DNA of 62,311 bases, the filler included, from Asterionella formosa (lineage: Eukaryota): the NCBI GenBank assembly GCA_002256025.1. It is 5 parts of 5 records of this genome, joined end to end, with 100 filler letters (N's around TTAATTAATTAA, not from the genome) between each part and the next. Parts side by side here need not be neighbours in the genome. Positions count along the whole stretch, not along the records: positions 1 to 12,405 come from NKIB01007554.1; 4 more parts are not named here. The stretch is one strand, 5' to 3'. A program made the position numbers and the translations under genes. Of this stretch, positions 1-10,678 are shown piece by piece. How positions within the stretch are numbered: position 1 is the stretch's first letter; the number at the start of each line of letters is the position of its first letter. Under the pieces are notes generated by a model. The model was not told the DNA's origin. It did no database searches and saw nothing but the letters and a program-made list of their open reading frames with translations.

Positions 1-806
1 CGCTCAACTGGTACCAGTTCGTTTCGTTGCCATCAAACTTGATGAGCCTCATGCTCTCTTCAGACATTTCTGTAGACATGTTTAAACACTTAAGTCCGTT
101 TATAACCGTGTTAAAGTATTACCTTTTGTATAGATCTATATCGTTAGACAAAGAAGACTATAGATAGAGACGTTCGTTTCTCTTTCCATTTCTATATATG
201 AGTTTACTAATCTAGTTTAGGTTGTTCTGTTTGAACAAACAAACGAACTATTCTCCAAATGCTGTTTGCATTTCTAGAAACATACAATCATAGATAGACC
301 CATGTCTATCTCACACTTACTGATCATAGGTATTTAACCATGATCATTCATTTCAAACTATCGGTCTTCCAAAATAGCTTATATTGTCCGGCTCATTATA
401 GTCGGAGTAACAAGGTATAATGTGTGGTTGATGAGTGCTTGGTACATCAAAGTTGACTCATTCGAATCGTTTGACTCGTTTGACTCAGAGTCCTAACTAC
501 CGGTAGCTAGATGAGCTCACTTTAATTAACAGCAACATACCACCCGGATGAACACTTTTCTATTTCTGTCGGCTTGGGGGTGTCACTCGTCCGGTCAACC
601 TACCGATACTCGCGCCTCCCAAGCCTCGAACACAAGAATTCTTGCACGCAGTCTGATCCACCCTCGGTCGTGTCTTTCCTTGAGGAATATTTTGCCGTCG
701 CGCTGCCTGGAGACTTTTCGAATATAAGGAAGTCTGACACTCTCGTTTCATCGGACGTGGTAATTAATAAACATTCAGCATTCGACATTGCCACAATAGC
801 TCAGCC

Positions 807-1951
807 ATGGCAGACGAATCCTTCATTCAAGACATCGAGATGGAAGACAGCGATGACGATCTGGACGACGGCAATGACTTCTCAAACAACATGCTTCCCG
901 ACTATGCCTCGCCTCCCGCTCCAGAACCTAACGAAGAAGACGCTGCTATTGCCAGAAGGCGAGCCATCCAAGCGATTATGCGTGATACCACCCTATCTGA
1001 GGAGGGTCGACGTATGCAGATACAAAATCTCATGAGCGGCGGAAGAAGCGAAGTCGCAGCCCAAACGGCTCCAGTAATCCCAGAGTATGAAAGCAATACT
1101 TGTGTTCATTATGAGAGAAACTGTAACATTATTGCGCCTTGTTGCGACCGAATTTTTGGTTGTCGTATTTGCCACGACGAAATTAGCCCCAGTGGGCATG
1201 CTAATATGAATCGTTTCTTGATCAAGCAAGTGGTCTGCAAAAAGTGCAACACTAAGCAAGACGCAAGGTACGTTGCGTCAATGTCTCCCCAAATTTCATG
1301 TTTGCAAACAATCTTACCAACCTTTGCCTCTTTCATAGTAATCTTTGTGTTCAATGTGGAACAGTCTTTGCTGAATACCATTGCGACGCTTGCAACCTCT
1401 GGATGGCGCGTTCCAAAAAACCTTTCCATTGCAATGAGTGCGGCTTTTGCCGCGTTGGCGGCGTCGAATCCTTTCGACATTGCAAAGAGTGCTGCATGTG
1501 CATCTCAGTCAATGTGTTCAACACTCACAGCTGCTTCAAGGACAAATACAAGAACAACTGCCCGGTGTGCCGCGAAGATATGTTTTCCTCTCGTCAATCT
1601 CCTCAGGACTTGCCTTGTGGACATGCCATTCACGCTCATTGTTTTCGCAAATTAGCGGGCTTTGATTACCGTTGTCCAATCTGTAAGAAAACGGTTGTCA
1701 GTCAGCAATCCATGGCAGCTGCGTGGGAAGCTCGTGCGAGGGATATTGCTGAGCAACCTATGCCACCAGACTTGCAGCGAATAGTAGATATTATGTGCAA
1801 TGACTGCGAAGCCAAGAGTCCACGAAGGAATTGGCATTTCTTGGGTGTGCAATGCCCGCAATGCAATTCCTTTAATACTGTTGTGGAGCAGGTCTTGAGC
1901 AGTGGAAATCAAGGGGAAGCGGGGTCTCCATCCGGTGGAGGTACCACCTAG
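807..1951 (+). CDS. RCHY1: CHY-type zinc finger / RING-H2 / zinc-ribbon E3 ubiquitin ligase (Pirh2/RCHY1-like), 2 exons, about 357 aa
   Basis: Exons 807-1267 and 1339-1951. The GTACGT...CATAG intron at 1268-1338 joins the two ORFs in frame (KQDA-S-NLCVQC). Domains: CHY (CVHYERNC..CC..CRICHD), CTCHY (CDACNLW..FHCNECGFCRVG), RING (CPVC..LPCGH..H..C..CPIC) and C-terminal zinc ribbon (CNDC..HFLG.QC..C.SFNT). Confidence 0.93.
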
Positions 1952-2086
1952 GAGTGCATCGATGCATTATTATGGGAAGCGGGAAGGACGAAAGGCGATA
2001 GTGGATACAAGCTGATGGGTATTTTAATTGTACCGTAAATTTTTAATATTATCCACGCCAATCAAGTGCAACCTCTCGCTCATTCA

Positions 2087-3894
2087 TTACTCCCACTCAA
2101 TTGTAGCCGGTGGCTTGGAACTGATGTCGTAACATAGACGATTAATACCTCGTACTTCATTGATGATACGACTTGACATGTTGCTCATTACGTCGTATGG
2201 AAGATGGTAAAAGTCGGCAGTCATGTAATCGGTCGTCTCGACACATCGGACACACGCAACATTTTCATATGTTCGGCCATCACCCATGACACCTACGCTC
2301 TTGACTGTGGGAAGAAGAACGACGAAGGCTTGACCGATCATGCGGTAGTGACCAGACTTGTGCAATTCCTCAATCATTATGGCATCGGCATGCTGTAAGG
2401 TTGCTACATTCTCAGCGGTGACTTCACCTAGAATACGGATAGCAAGCCCAGGGCCAGGAAAGGGATGACGCCATACACTGATCTCGTCGATTCCAAGAGC
2501 AATACCGAGCTCGCGGACTTCATCCTTAAAGAGTTCTCGCAAGGGTTCAATTAACCTAAGCTTCATAGTGGCAGGAAGCCCTCCAACATTGTGATGAGTC
2601 TTGATGGTAGCAGAAGGTCCTTTGTAAGAAATGCTCTCAATCACATCGGGATACAATGTTCCCTGTAGAAGCCAGTCGCATTGTCCGAACTCCTTCTCAA
2701 TTCTGGTAGCTTCTTCCTGAAAGACTTCAATGAACGTTGTTCCGATGATCTTTCTCTTCTTCTCTGGATCAGTCACACCCTTGAGCAAGTCTAGGAACCT
2801 ATCCTGAGCGTCAACGCAATTCAAATTAACTCCGCAGTCTTCTCTCATTCTCTTTAAGACTTCCACGGCCTCGTTCTTCCGAAGGCAGCCAGTGTCCACC
2901 ATAATGGCATGGAAGCGATCGCCGATTGCTCTCGTCATCAACACAGCGGCAACAGTTGAGTCCACCCCTCCACTAACGGCACCAATCACGGTCCCAGTTG
3001 GTCCAACTTGTTCGCGCACTTGCGCAATGAACTCATTGGCATAGTCTGTCATGACCCAATTGGGAATCGCCCCGGCAATGTTAACAACGAAATTTTTGAG
3101 AATATCTCTTCCCAGAGGTGAGTGAGTGACTTCGGGATGGAACTGAAGCCCCCACATACGCCTATCGGCGTCTTCAATTGCCACGAACTCTGCGTTGCCT
3201 GTAGCAGCTATTTTTGTTGCAAAGCAAGGACCGGTAAGTTAAGGATAAAAATGAGGGAATGTCCATGAGAAATGTACTTTGGTGATACATAGTCTGCATC
3301 ATGTCATGCTACGTACCAACAGGTTTGAAACCTTCTGGAACAACATGAAGTTTGTCTCCATGAGACATCCACATTTGAAATTCAGATGGAAGTCCTGCAA
3401 AGATCTGACTGTCACAACCCTCTACACGCGTCACCATAGCTTTGCCATACTCGTGCTTCAACCCGGCCTCGACCTTGCCCCCAAAAACATGGGCCAACTC
3501 TTGCATACCATAACAAATCCCCAAAACTGGAATATTTCGCTCTTCAATCAATTTCCAAACGCCCTCGGACACATGAGGAGCTCCTTCGTCGTAGACGGAT
3601 GAGGGGCCACCCGACAGAATAATTGCGGTCAGTTCGTGCCTTGCCAATATGTCTACTTCGACGAGGCAAGAATACAATTCACAGTACACGTGCATTTCAC
3701 GGACTCTCCGAGCAATCAAATGAGAATACTGAGAGCCAAAGTCCAGAATCGCCACCTGGGGGCTGTTGCACAAGCCAGTAATGAGCGTACCCAGAGAAAA
3801 ATACAACAGGCTGGCAGCTTCAAAGTAAAATCAAAACGTACCGTTCCAAGTTTCCCAAATGGGCAGATTGCTTCAATACAGCTGCTTCGCTCAT
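2087..3894 (-). CDS. guaA: GMP synthase (glutamine-hydrolysing), 3 exons, about 539 aa
   Basis: Exons 3894-3842, 3762-3317 and 3207-2087, separated by GT-AG introns 3841-3763 and 3316-3208 that keep the frame. Motifs: [48 protein letters not shown] and C-terminal [10 protein letters not shown]. Confidence 0.97.
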
Positions 3895-4059
3895 TTTATG
3901 ATCGTGTTGCTGGAATGGAATAGATCGATCGCGACAAGGAGTAACTCTGGTGACTTGAATGGTTTTATTTTCGTCGGACAAGAAGAAAAAAAGCTTGAAC
4001 TCCGGTGTTTTGAGTCGCTTTGTGTTTTTCGCGTTGTGATGGTGGCTGCTACGGAGTAG

Positions 4060-4505
4060 CCAATACCCGTACCGGTACCCGGTATCTGGTACTGGTACCA
4101 GTACTATGTTTGATGAAATTGTGGAGAGCCAAAAAGGGCCATCGTATGTACCGGTGGCTTCAGACTACCTGGTACGTGGTACCACCAGTAGATGCGGGAT
4201 GTAGTACATGGTACCTGTTACTGGTATTACTGGCACACATGTGGACCGGTATACCGGTATTTCATATTGTCTACTGGTAATACTGTATAAGAATACCACC
4301 AATCATCGATACAAGCAATTAGATTACAAATATTTTACTCCGGGCACAACATACACAGCAACAGCCAGGAATCAATAATTCCTCTCGGCAGAGCGAGAAT
4401 AAAATTTACGTACCGGTATGCTGCCTTGCCACATTACTTGTATGGGGGTACGTAGGGAACCAGGGACCAGCTATCATAGGGTACCGTACCGGGACGACCA
4501 GGCAG
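4060..4505. repeat. GGTACC/TACCGGTA/TACCWGGTA-rich low-complexity tract
   Basis: Dense GTAC/ACCGGT/CCWGG palindromes upstream of guaA. Similar tracts lie at about 10110-10440, 23960-24220, 24690-24770, 29240-29410, 34060-34140, 41320-42250 and 45070-45510. Confidence 0.75.
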
Positions 4506-4695
4506 TCTAATATATTTTATCAATGGCTAGAACGTCAGGTTATGGGTTTAATATATTCATTAAGGTACGTAAATATATGACCAAGCAGTCCTCCAAGAAT
4601 TGTAATGAGCAGCAAGACTGCATTTCACAGACTGGTAGGTACCAGTTAAAAAAAGGTTTGAGCCACTTCACGATATAATAATAGTTAGTATGTTA

Positions 4696-5029
4696 TATAG
4701 CCCATTCGTACTCCACTTGTTCCAGGCAAGTATTTCAAAACCTGTTCTTCCCTAGTTTTGTTAGCGTAGGTGAGTCCCCAACCACCTTTTGCAAAAGGGG
4801 ATCATCTTGGCCGCAGCATGAGGGGAAACTCCAACCGCTTAGAAAGGCAGCAAAAGCTGCTTGTAGGGGTGCAACCCACTATTTCTTGCACAACAGGCAA
4901 GACCATGCAGGACCCAATGGTAATGAGTGTGGGGGTGGAATGCAACAATTGATTCTCAAAAAAATTGCGGGAATCAAACCTCACAACCTCAGATCAAAGG
5001 AAACATGCTAAACTACTAAGCCATTCCCT
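4696..5029 (-). mobile_element. tRNA-headed SINE, copy A (nested in the pogo-like element)
   Basis: The reverse complement aligns end to end with 16765-17116. The head has degenerate A and B boxes (TGGCTTAGTAG, GTTTGATTCC). It shares the core AAAGGTGGTTGGGGACTCACCTACGCTAACAAAACTAGGGAAG and the 3' end GAGTACGAATGGGCTATA. Confidence 0.8.
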
Positions 5030-5869
5030 TTAACAATAAAATATTCACAATGTATACATAGATTTTTTCTAATTTTTCAGTTATGACTATTTTTAGTAGT
5101 ACTACAAAGTTGTTCCTGACGTTGCGCCGGATACAACATATCTAGTTGTCAATTAGGTCTTGTGTTTTAGATAATCAGATAAAAGTGTCAAAAAGTAACA
5201 ATCGGCCCAAAAGCGGCAAAAAATATTATATCATTGAGCTGGCATCTCCCGGAAATACACATATACATTTGTGTACAAAACTTAATATATAATATATAAT
5301 TAGTTGCATTTAACAATCATGGACCATGTACTAAAGCAATAAATGAATCAATTCGTCACTCTTTTTAAATGAATGCAATATTTCTTCAAGGCAAAAAAGG
5401 AGCCATATTGTTTTCATTTCAGAGACTGTAATTCACAGCAGAAATTGCTTCTGACACACCAAAAAATGAGGCAAATCGCAATCATCGTATTAACAACGAT
5501 GAAACATACAGCAAGAAACCAGCCTCAACCACCCAAAAAGTAAAAGGCGATACCTATTTCTTCGGATAAGACTGTAGTGTCATTTATTTGAAAAATATAC
5601 AGTAATGGAATTAGAAACTTTGAAAGGCAAATAACAATGACAAACTACTATATGGTGCAGTATCGAATATTGTTGCATAGAAGGCGGCTACACTGGCTTG
5701 TTGGCAAACAAAACTTATAGTCCAGTACCATTTGTAGAAGCTAAACCCGTCGGGAAAGGCAACTAATTCACAAGTGCAATTTCATGCTATTATGATAATA
5801 AATGATTCACAGTCATTGTCAGGACATAGCTCATCGATTTCTACCCTGACTATAAATTCAAGTTTAAAT

Positions 5870-6480
5870 ATCCAACTGAAAAAATGTATGAGAGACTTAC
5901 TCACCCAAAAGGAAAGGCGCCGTGCTGCATTTGCTATTGAAAAGGAAGATATTGTTGACCTGGTGTCGAAAGCATGAGATGAATCCTTTGCCCACATCGC
6001 TACAAACCAAAAAGCTGTTACTGAAAGAGGTGGTTGGGGTCCATTGAACTACAACTTTTTACTCAATCCGGAAATTCAACTGACCAACACCTCAAATTTT
6101 CAAACAGAAGCAAACAATAATCAACCCGCCTCTTCCATTCCCCCATCCGGACTAAACTTGAGCCAAGGCATCACTGCAACCTTTGTTGATCAGGTTGTAC
6201 AGTATCACAACCGTGAGGACGCTTGCAAATAAGGTTTATGCAATCAGATTGCTTAACAAACAGCCAGCTGAGTGGACAGTGGCACAAACGAAAACAATTG
6301 CAATGTGGTACAAGCAAGCAGGCAATCTTCCATTACCAACAACAAAACAACTAATACTTACCAGATTCCATGACACCATCATGATGCGTGGCGACGCTGC
6401 AGTACAAGTTGCAACTGCTGTAATGGCGCCACCTCCTCAAACCCTTTGGTTGCTCCTATTACACAACAAGATATGAAGGG
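5870..6480 (+). pseudogene. Pogo-like DDE transposase C-terminal remnant
   Basis: Reads EKEDIVDLVSKA*DESFAHIATNQKAVTERGGWGPLNYNFLLNPEI, like the AW..SF....N.KA..ERGW.PLN..LL.HPEI tail of diatom DDE transposases. Has stops and frameshifts and lies between the TIRs. Confidence 0.6.
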
Positions 6481-7333
6481 AGGACCACAAGTCTAAGAAT
6501 GATGCAACAACTACTGCGAAAAATACGAGGAGACAGAACCAAGAAGAGCACCATTAGTCTAAAAACAATGTAACAACTGCGAAAAAAATGCAAACAATAT
6601 AATATTTTCTAACCGTCACCTATAAAAATAACTACATGTATGGTAAAATTTTGATAAATGGCTTTGAGCCATTTCGACTGTTTTTGTCACTTTTGAAATG
6701 GATAAATCTCAGTTAACATATGTTCAAGTAAAGAAATGATCTGATTCTCATGTAGCTTAATGAACTTACCGGTACTCATATCATGCCAAAGGGCGAAAGA
6801 GGGGATTGATTTTAGCATAATTCTAGAATAAGTCGGAAAACGATATAAGAACGTGGCTCAAAGCCATTTTTAGCCGGTACCACAGTACTTACTGTTATAC
6901 GCAAAGAGAAGAAATGATTTGCACCGTACCCTGGTACCGTACCAGGTTACCAGCTAGTAGTCTAGACTTCGCCATCATTCTTTATGCACATGATACCGGA
7001 GTTTATCAGTGCAGTTAGATTAAAAAATGCTTTGTTCGCCAATAGGATATGCATTCAGCACAATATTATAGAATCTGAAGTTTCGAACCATGGCACAGGT
7101 GATTATAGGTTCTCTTAAGGCAATTTGAAATTGGATTGAACGTCCTTTGTTGTAACTTTGAGTAAGAATACCGGTAGCATCGTTTGGACAAGAAGTTCCT
7201 ATACTATGCAATAGCCATATAACTCAAAACGTGAAGAAGGGGAATGAAAGGTTCAAGTCTTTGCTGTTGAAATTACAAACGAATATTTTTACACTTTTGG
7301 CATGAACGTTCAAAACGGGACCTGCATGCCTAC

Positions 7334-9388
7334 TTAATGAGACTCAGCCCCCATGGCCATCAGATCTCGTAATCCCTTAGCAGCAGCCATTTCGTGTTCC
7401 TGGTCGTCATTCTTTTCTTCTGACATTCGTGTTCGCTTTTCACGAAGCTCATCCTTTTGCAACGCATACTTTTCCCGCTGACGATCACGGCATCGGACGC
7501 ATTTGGTAGCAGACCCTTTGTCCCCAAAGGAAGCCCAAGGACGAAAATTCTTGCAACCCTTGCACCACTTGATTTCCAACTTATTCTCCGCCACGACCCA
7601 GACGGTAACGTCGCAGCCAGTGCAAAGACCCTTATTTTGACGAGGAATTATATGAACTGTCTCGTCACCCTCGCCAGTAGTAGCCTTGCTGACTGAATCC
7701 TCGTCGTCCCTGGATGTTGCATTCTTGCCGCGGCGCAAAATGTTACCACCAAGGTTGTTAGTCGACGCTGAGCAGAGGCGCAGCTTGCCGCACATGACGC
7801 AGTTGCGCTTGCCATTAGAAGAATTCAGTTCAATGCCCACAGGACGAGCCTTGGTGAGATAGTCCGGGAAATTGACAAGTCGGTGAAAATCAGGAACGGG
7901 AACATCTTTGGTTTTTTCAGCTTCACCCCAATACTTGGAAGGAATGGGTGCCTTGAGAGCCATGCAACGGTTGGCGCTAGGAGCCATTCCAGTCGTCAAC
8001 GCAGCTTGTTGCCACTCAGCAACAGACTTGATGGTTTTGGTCGAAGCTCCAAAATCGTTTTTGAGAGGGGATTGTGTAGTCGCTTGGGGTGACGGGGTTG
8101 GTAATCGAACGTCAGCGTCTTTTCGTGGATAGAGAGCTCCATGTGAGTCTGATGTAGGTTTGGGGGGTTGTCGTTGTGGAGGTGGGTACCTGCCAGGTGG
8201 TGGGTAGGAATAACCGATGCCACCATGTGGATGACCATACCGAGCAGGGTAAGTGGAAGGCCCGTAAGCAAGGCCATGAGGCGGAAATGGCCTTGGTGGA
8301 GTCATTCTCCAATTCTCTCGTGGTGGCCCATGGTATCCAGGATGGACAGGACCTCTTGGCGTACCAGGGTAATACGTATGAGGCGACAACGGAGTTCGCA
8401 TGAAAGATGCAGCTCCAGGAGGGCCAAGAGGGAAGAATTGACCGGTCGTTTCCTTAGCTTGTGGCTTGTTTCTTTCCTCATCTTCATCTGCCTTCGAATG
8501 ACCTTCTAGAGAAGAGGTTGGAGAAATAACTCTTTGTTTAGAGCCCTTTCCATCGTCTGTAGAATCGGAAAGCTCTCGTCTGTTCTCTTCGACAAGCTTA
8601 GTCACCTTGCCTTTGTCGGGCTTAGAATTCCTTAATTGCTTCTTTTTTGGTGACTGCTGAGTAGAGCCTCCTTCGACAGCTGTTCGCTTGAGAGGAGACA
8701 TCGGGACAGAGCGTCCATGTATGTAACGCTCGTCGTACCCATGTGGATGAGGAGGGTAGTGGTACGCGTAGGTTGGAGGCAATATATTTGGAACTGCGAA
8801 GTATGGGGGGTGACAAAGATCAGGGCGGTAATGAAGCGATCGTCCAGGTTCAGTATTGTACGAACTAGGGGAATGGGTTCCTTCAGATTTTCTTGCTTGT
8901 GTGGGTTCTGAACACACCCGTTCACTATCGTTTGCTCGACGGATTGGTGAAACAAAAAGGCGTCTGCTTCCTTCATATATAACAGGAAGTTGACCAGGTC
9001 TTCCATCTTCCATGCACCCATCTGGAGGCGGACCAGAATAACCCATCCATCCGGGATGTTCGTAGCTGTGAGCAGGTGGCGGGTACCCTTCAAAACGATG
9101 ATGAAAGGGCGAAGGAGTTACCGGTGGCCAAGGAACATGTCCATGCGAGCCGTATTCGTTACTTGTTGGAGAGATATCTTGCTCCGACGAGCGTGAAATG
9201 GATTGATCGATTTTTACCTCTTGTTTAGAAAACGGTTTCGGCGCAGTTGCGGCTAAGGCCAATAATACGTTAGCTTCGCCACAGACAGGGTCGCCTTCCG
9301 TATCACCAGCTCCAGCTTCATCAGCTGTTGCTTTGAAGGGATCATCAGGAGCATCGCTGACTGGCGGAGCAACTTGAAGATGAGGCAT
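7334..9388 (-). CDS. Pro/His/Tyr-rich protein with a C-terminal Cys-rich zinc finger and basic tail; putative transcription factor, 684 aa
   Basis: Long intact ORF with a low-complexity N-terminal part and a PKKKQ NLS-like motif. Four CxxC pairs (CVMC, CTGC, CKGC, CVRC) are followed by RDRQREKY..K..REKR. Confidence 0.85.
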   Translation of the reverse strand: MPHLQVAPPVSDAPDDPFKATADEAGAGDTEGDPVCGEANVLLALAATAPKPFSKQEVKIDQSISRSSEQDISPTSNEYGSHGHVPWPPVTPSPFHHRFEGYPPPAHSYEHPGWMGYSGPPPDGCMEDGRPGQLPVIYEGSRRLFVSPIRRANDSERVCSEPTQARKSEGTHSPSSYNTEPGRSLHYRPDLCHPPYFAVPNILPPTYAYHYPPHPHGYDERYIHGRSVPMSPLKRTAVEGGSTQQSPKKKQLRNSKPDKGKVTKLVEENRRELSDSTDDGKGSKQRVISPTSSLEGHSKADEDEERNKPQAKETTGQFFPLGPPGAASFMRTPLSPHTYYPGTPRGPVHPGYHGPPRENWRMTPPRPFPPHGLAYGPSTYPARYGHPHGGIGYSYPPPGRYPPPQRQPPKPTSDSHGALYPRKDADVRLPTPSPQATTQSPLKNDFGASTKTIKSVAEWQQAALTTGMAPSANRCMALKAPIPSKYWGEAEKTKDVPVPDFHRLVNFPDYLTKARPVGIELNSSNGKRNCVMCGKLRLCSASTNNLGGNILRRGKNATSRDDEDSVSKATTGEGDETVHIIPRQNKGLCTGCDVTVWVVAENKLEIKWCKGCKNFRPWASFGDKGSATKCVRCRDRQREKYALQKDELREKRTRMSEEKNDDQEHEMAAAKGLRDLMAMGAESH

Positions 9389-10440
9389 GGCTCATAAAAA
9401 CTTTGGTGGTGATGCCTTACTTAATGAGCAGACAACGGACCTATTAGAGGAGGGACTTTCCTTTCAACAGACCAAAATTTGGTCCAGAGCACCTCATCAG
9501 GACAGGATTTATCCAAACGAGACCTAAATCAAATTTTTGCTGCCAATATGAGGATCGCTCAGGTTAGGGATAGCATACTGTATCCATATTTGAGGACATG
9601 AACGATGAGTCCAACGCCGAATACTTAAGGAGTGTCTGCCAACTACAGATGATGTAATTTTAATGTTAAATATGCTAATTTTTTGAGGGCGCCCGCATCG
9701 TTGGATATCAGTCTTCATAAACAAGAATAGCTTAATCCATTGATTATCTACAAGTATTAATACATTACTAAAGTTTTTCAAATTACTTAGTCAGCTTTTC
9801 CGTTGAGTTGGAATAATCTTTGGCGGCAATATCCAAAGATGGAGCGGTTGGCGCAACTCAATTACATTTCTTGTCCACTTTTGGCCCCAGTTTGGCGAGG
9901 GCTTGCTTGATGTTGTACCATTTGCTAAATAGAAGCAAGAGTACCTGATACCTGCAAGGTACAGTACTCCAGGTAGAAAGAACGGCTTGTGCTCACCAGC
10001 CAAGATGTATTACTTCCATCAAGGAAGTTGCGGTCATTTTGCTAAAATAATCTATCTGAGATAAAGATAGCTAAAGTTTTAGCTTTCAGCACAATTACCA
10101 CAACTTGCACAGGTACGGAGTACCTGTTACCTGTTACCTGTTACCTGGTACTGGTACCAGGTACCTGATGAAGTAGAGGTATATACCCGGTACTACCAAA
10201 CTATAGTAGAAGTAGAGTACCGTTAGTTGGTCTAGTACCTGGTACTCCTGGAACACAGAGTGCCACATGGTGATGATACTGAGATACTGAGAGCGCAGCA
10301 ATATACCGCTACCTGGTACCAGGTTCCGGTAGAATGGTGTCCAGTGGTATTCATATTTATATCACTACGTATCAAGCAAATTAGGGAGGATTCTACCTGT
10401 TACCTGGTACCAGTTACCAGGTCTGGTACCTGGTACCTGG

Positions 10441-10599
10441 TGAGCAATCCTGCACATCGATACAGATATATATAGAGAGAGTTAGGGTTATATCAAATAC
10501 ATCGGAATTCAATAATGAGAGAACCCGACTAATATCCATTCTATACTTTGATGTCAGTTCAGGAAATGAGTTGTACATAAGGATTAATTTATAAGCTCA
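10441..10599 (+). mobile_element. Putative short 5' LTR (159 bp) of the gag-like retroelement
   Basis: Bounded by inverted termini TGAGC...GCTCA, with a TATA-like GATATATATAG. Homology with the second copy (34143-34299, TGAG...CTCA) starts essentially at this TG. No tRNA-type PBS was seen. Confidence 0.5.
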
Positions 10600-10678
10600 T
10601 ATATTCAATAAATTCTACTACTTCTAGTTAGATACTTCACTTTGAATTCAAAAAGAGTCGAATTAGAAGACAACAAAC

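Larger units (their letters stand above)
4642..6877 (+). mobile_element. Decayed pogo/Tc1-mariner-like DNA transposon with TA target duplication
   Basis: Imperfect TIRs: left TA|CCAGTTAAAAAAAGGTTTGAGCCAC, right (reverse complement) TA|CCGGCTAAAAATGGCTTTGAGCCAC. Contains a broken transposase C-terminal fragment. Confidence 0.75.

Noticed and set aside
2087..3894. Bacterial contamination or recent HGT of guaA
   Set aside because: The gene has two spliceosomal introns, and compact bacterial-like GMP synthases are normal in many eukaryotes.
4770..4952. Small ORF family 'MSPQPPFAKG' (also 16775-17026 and 49055-49264)
   Set aside because: These are GTG-start antisense readings of the SINE core, and the frames diverge after the core.
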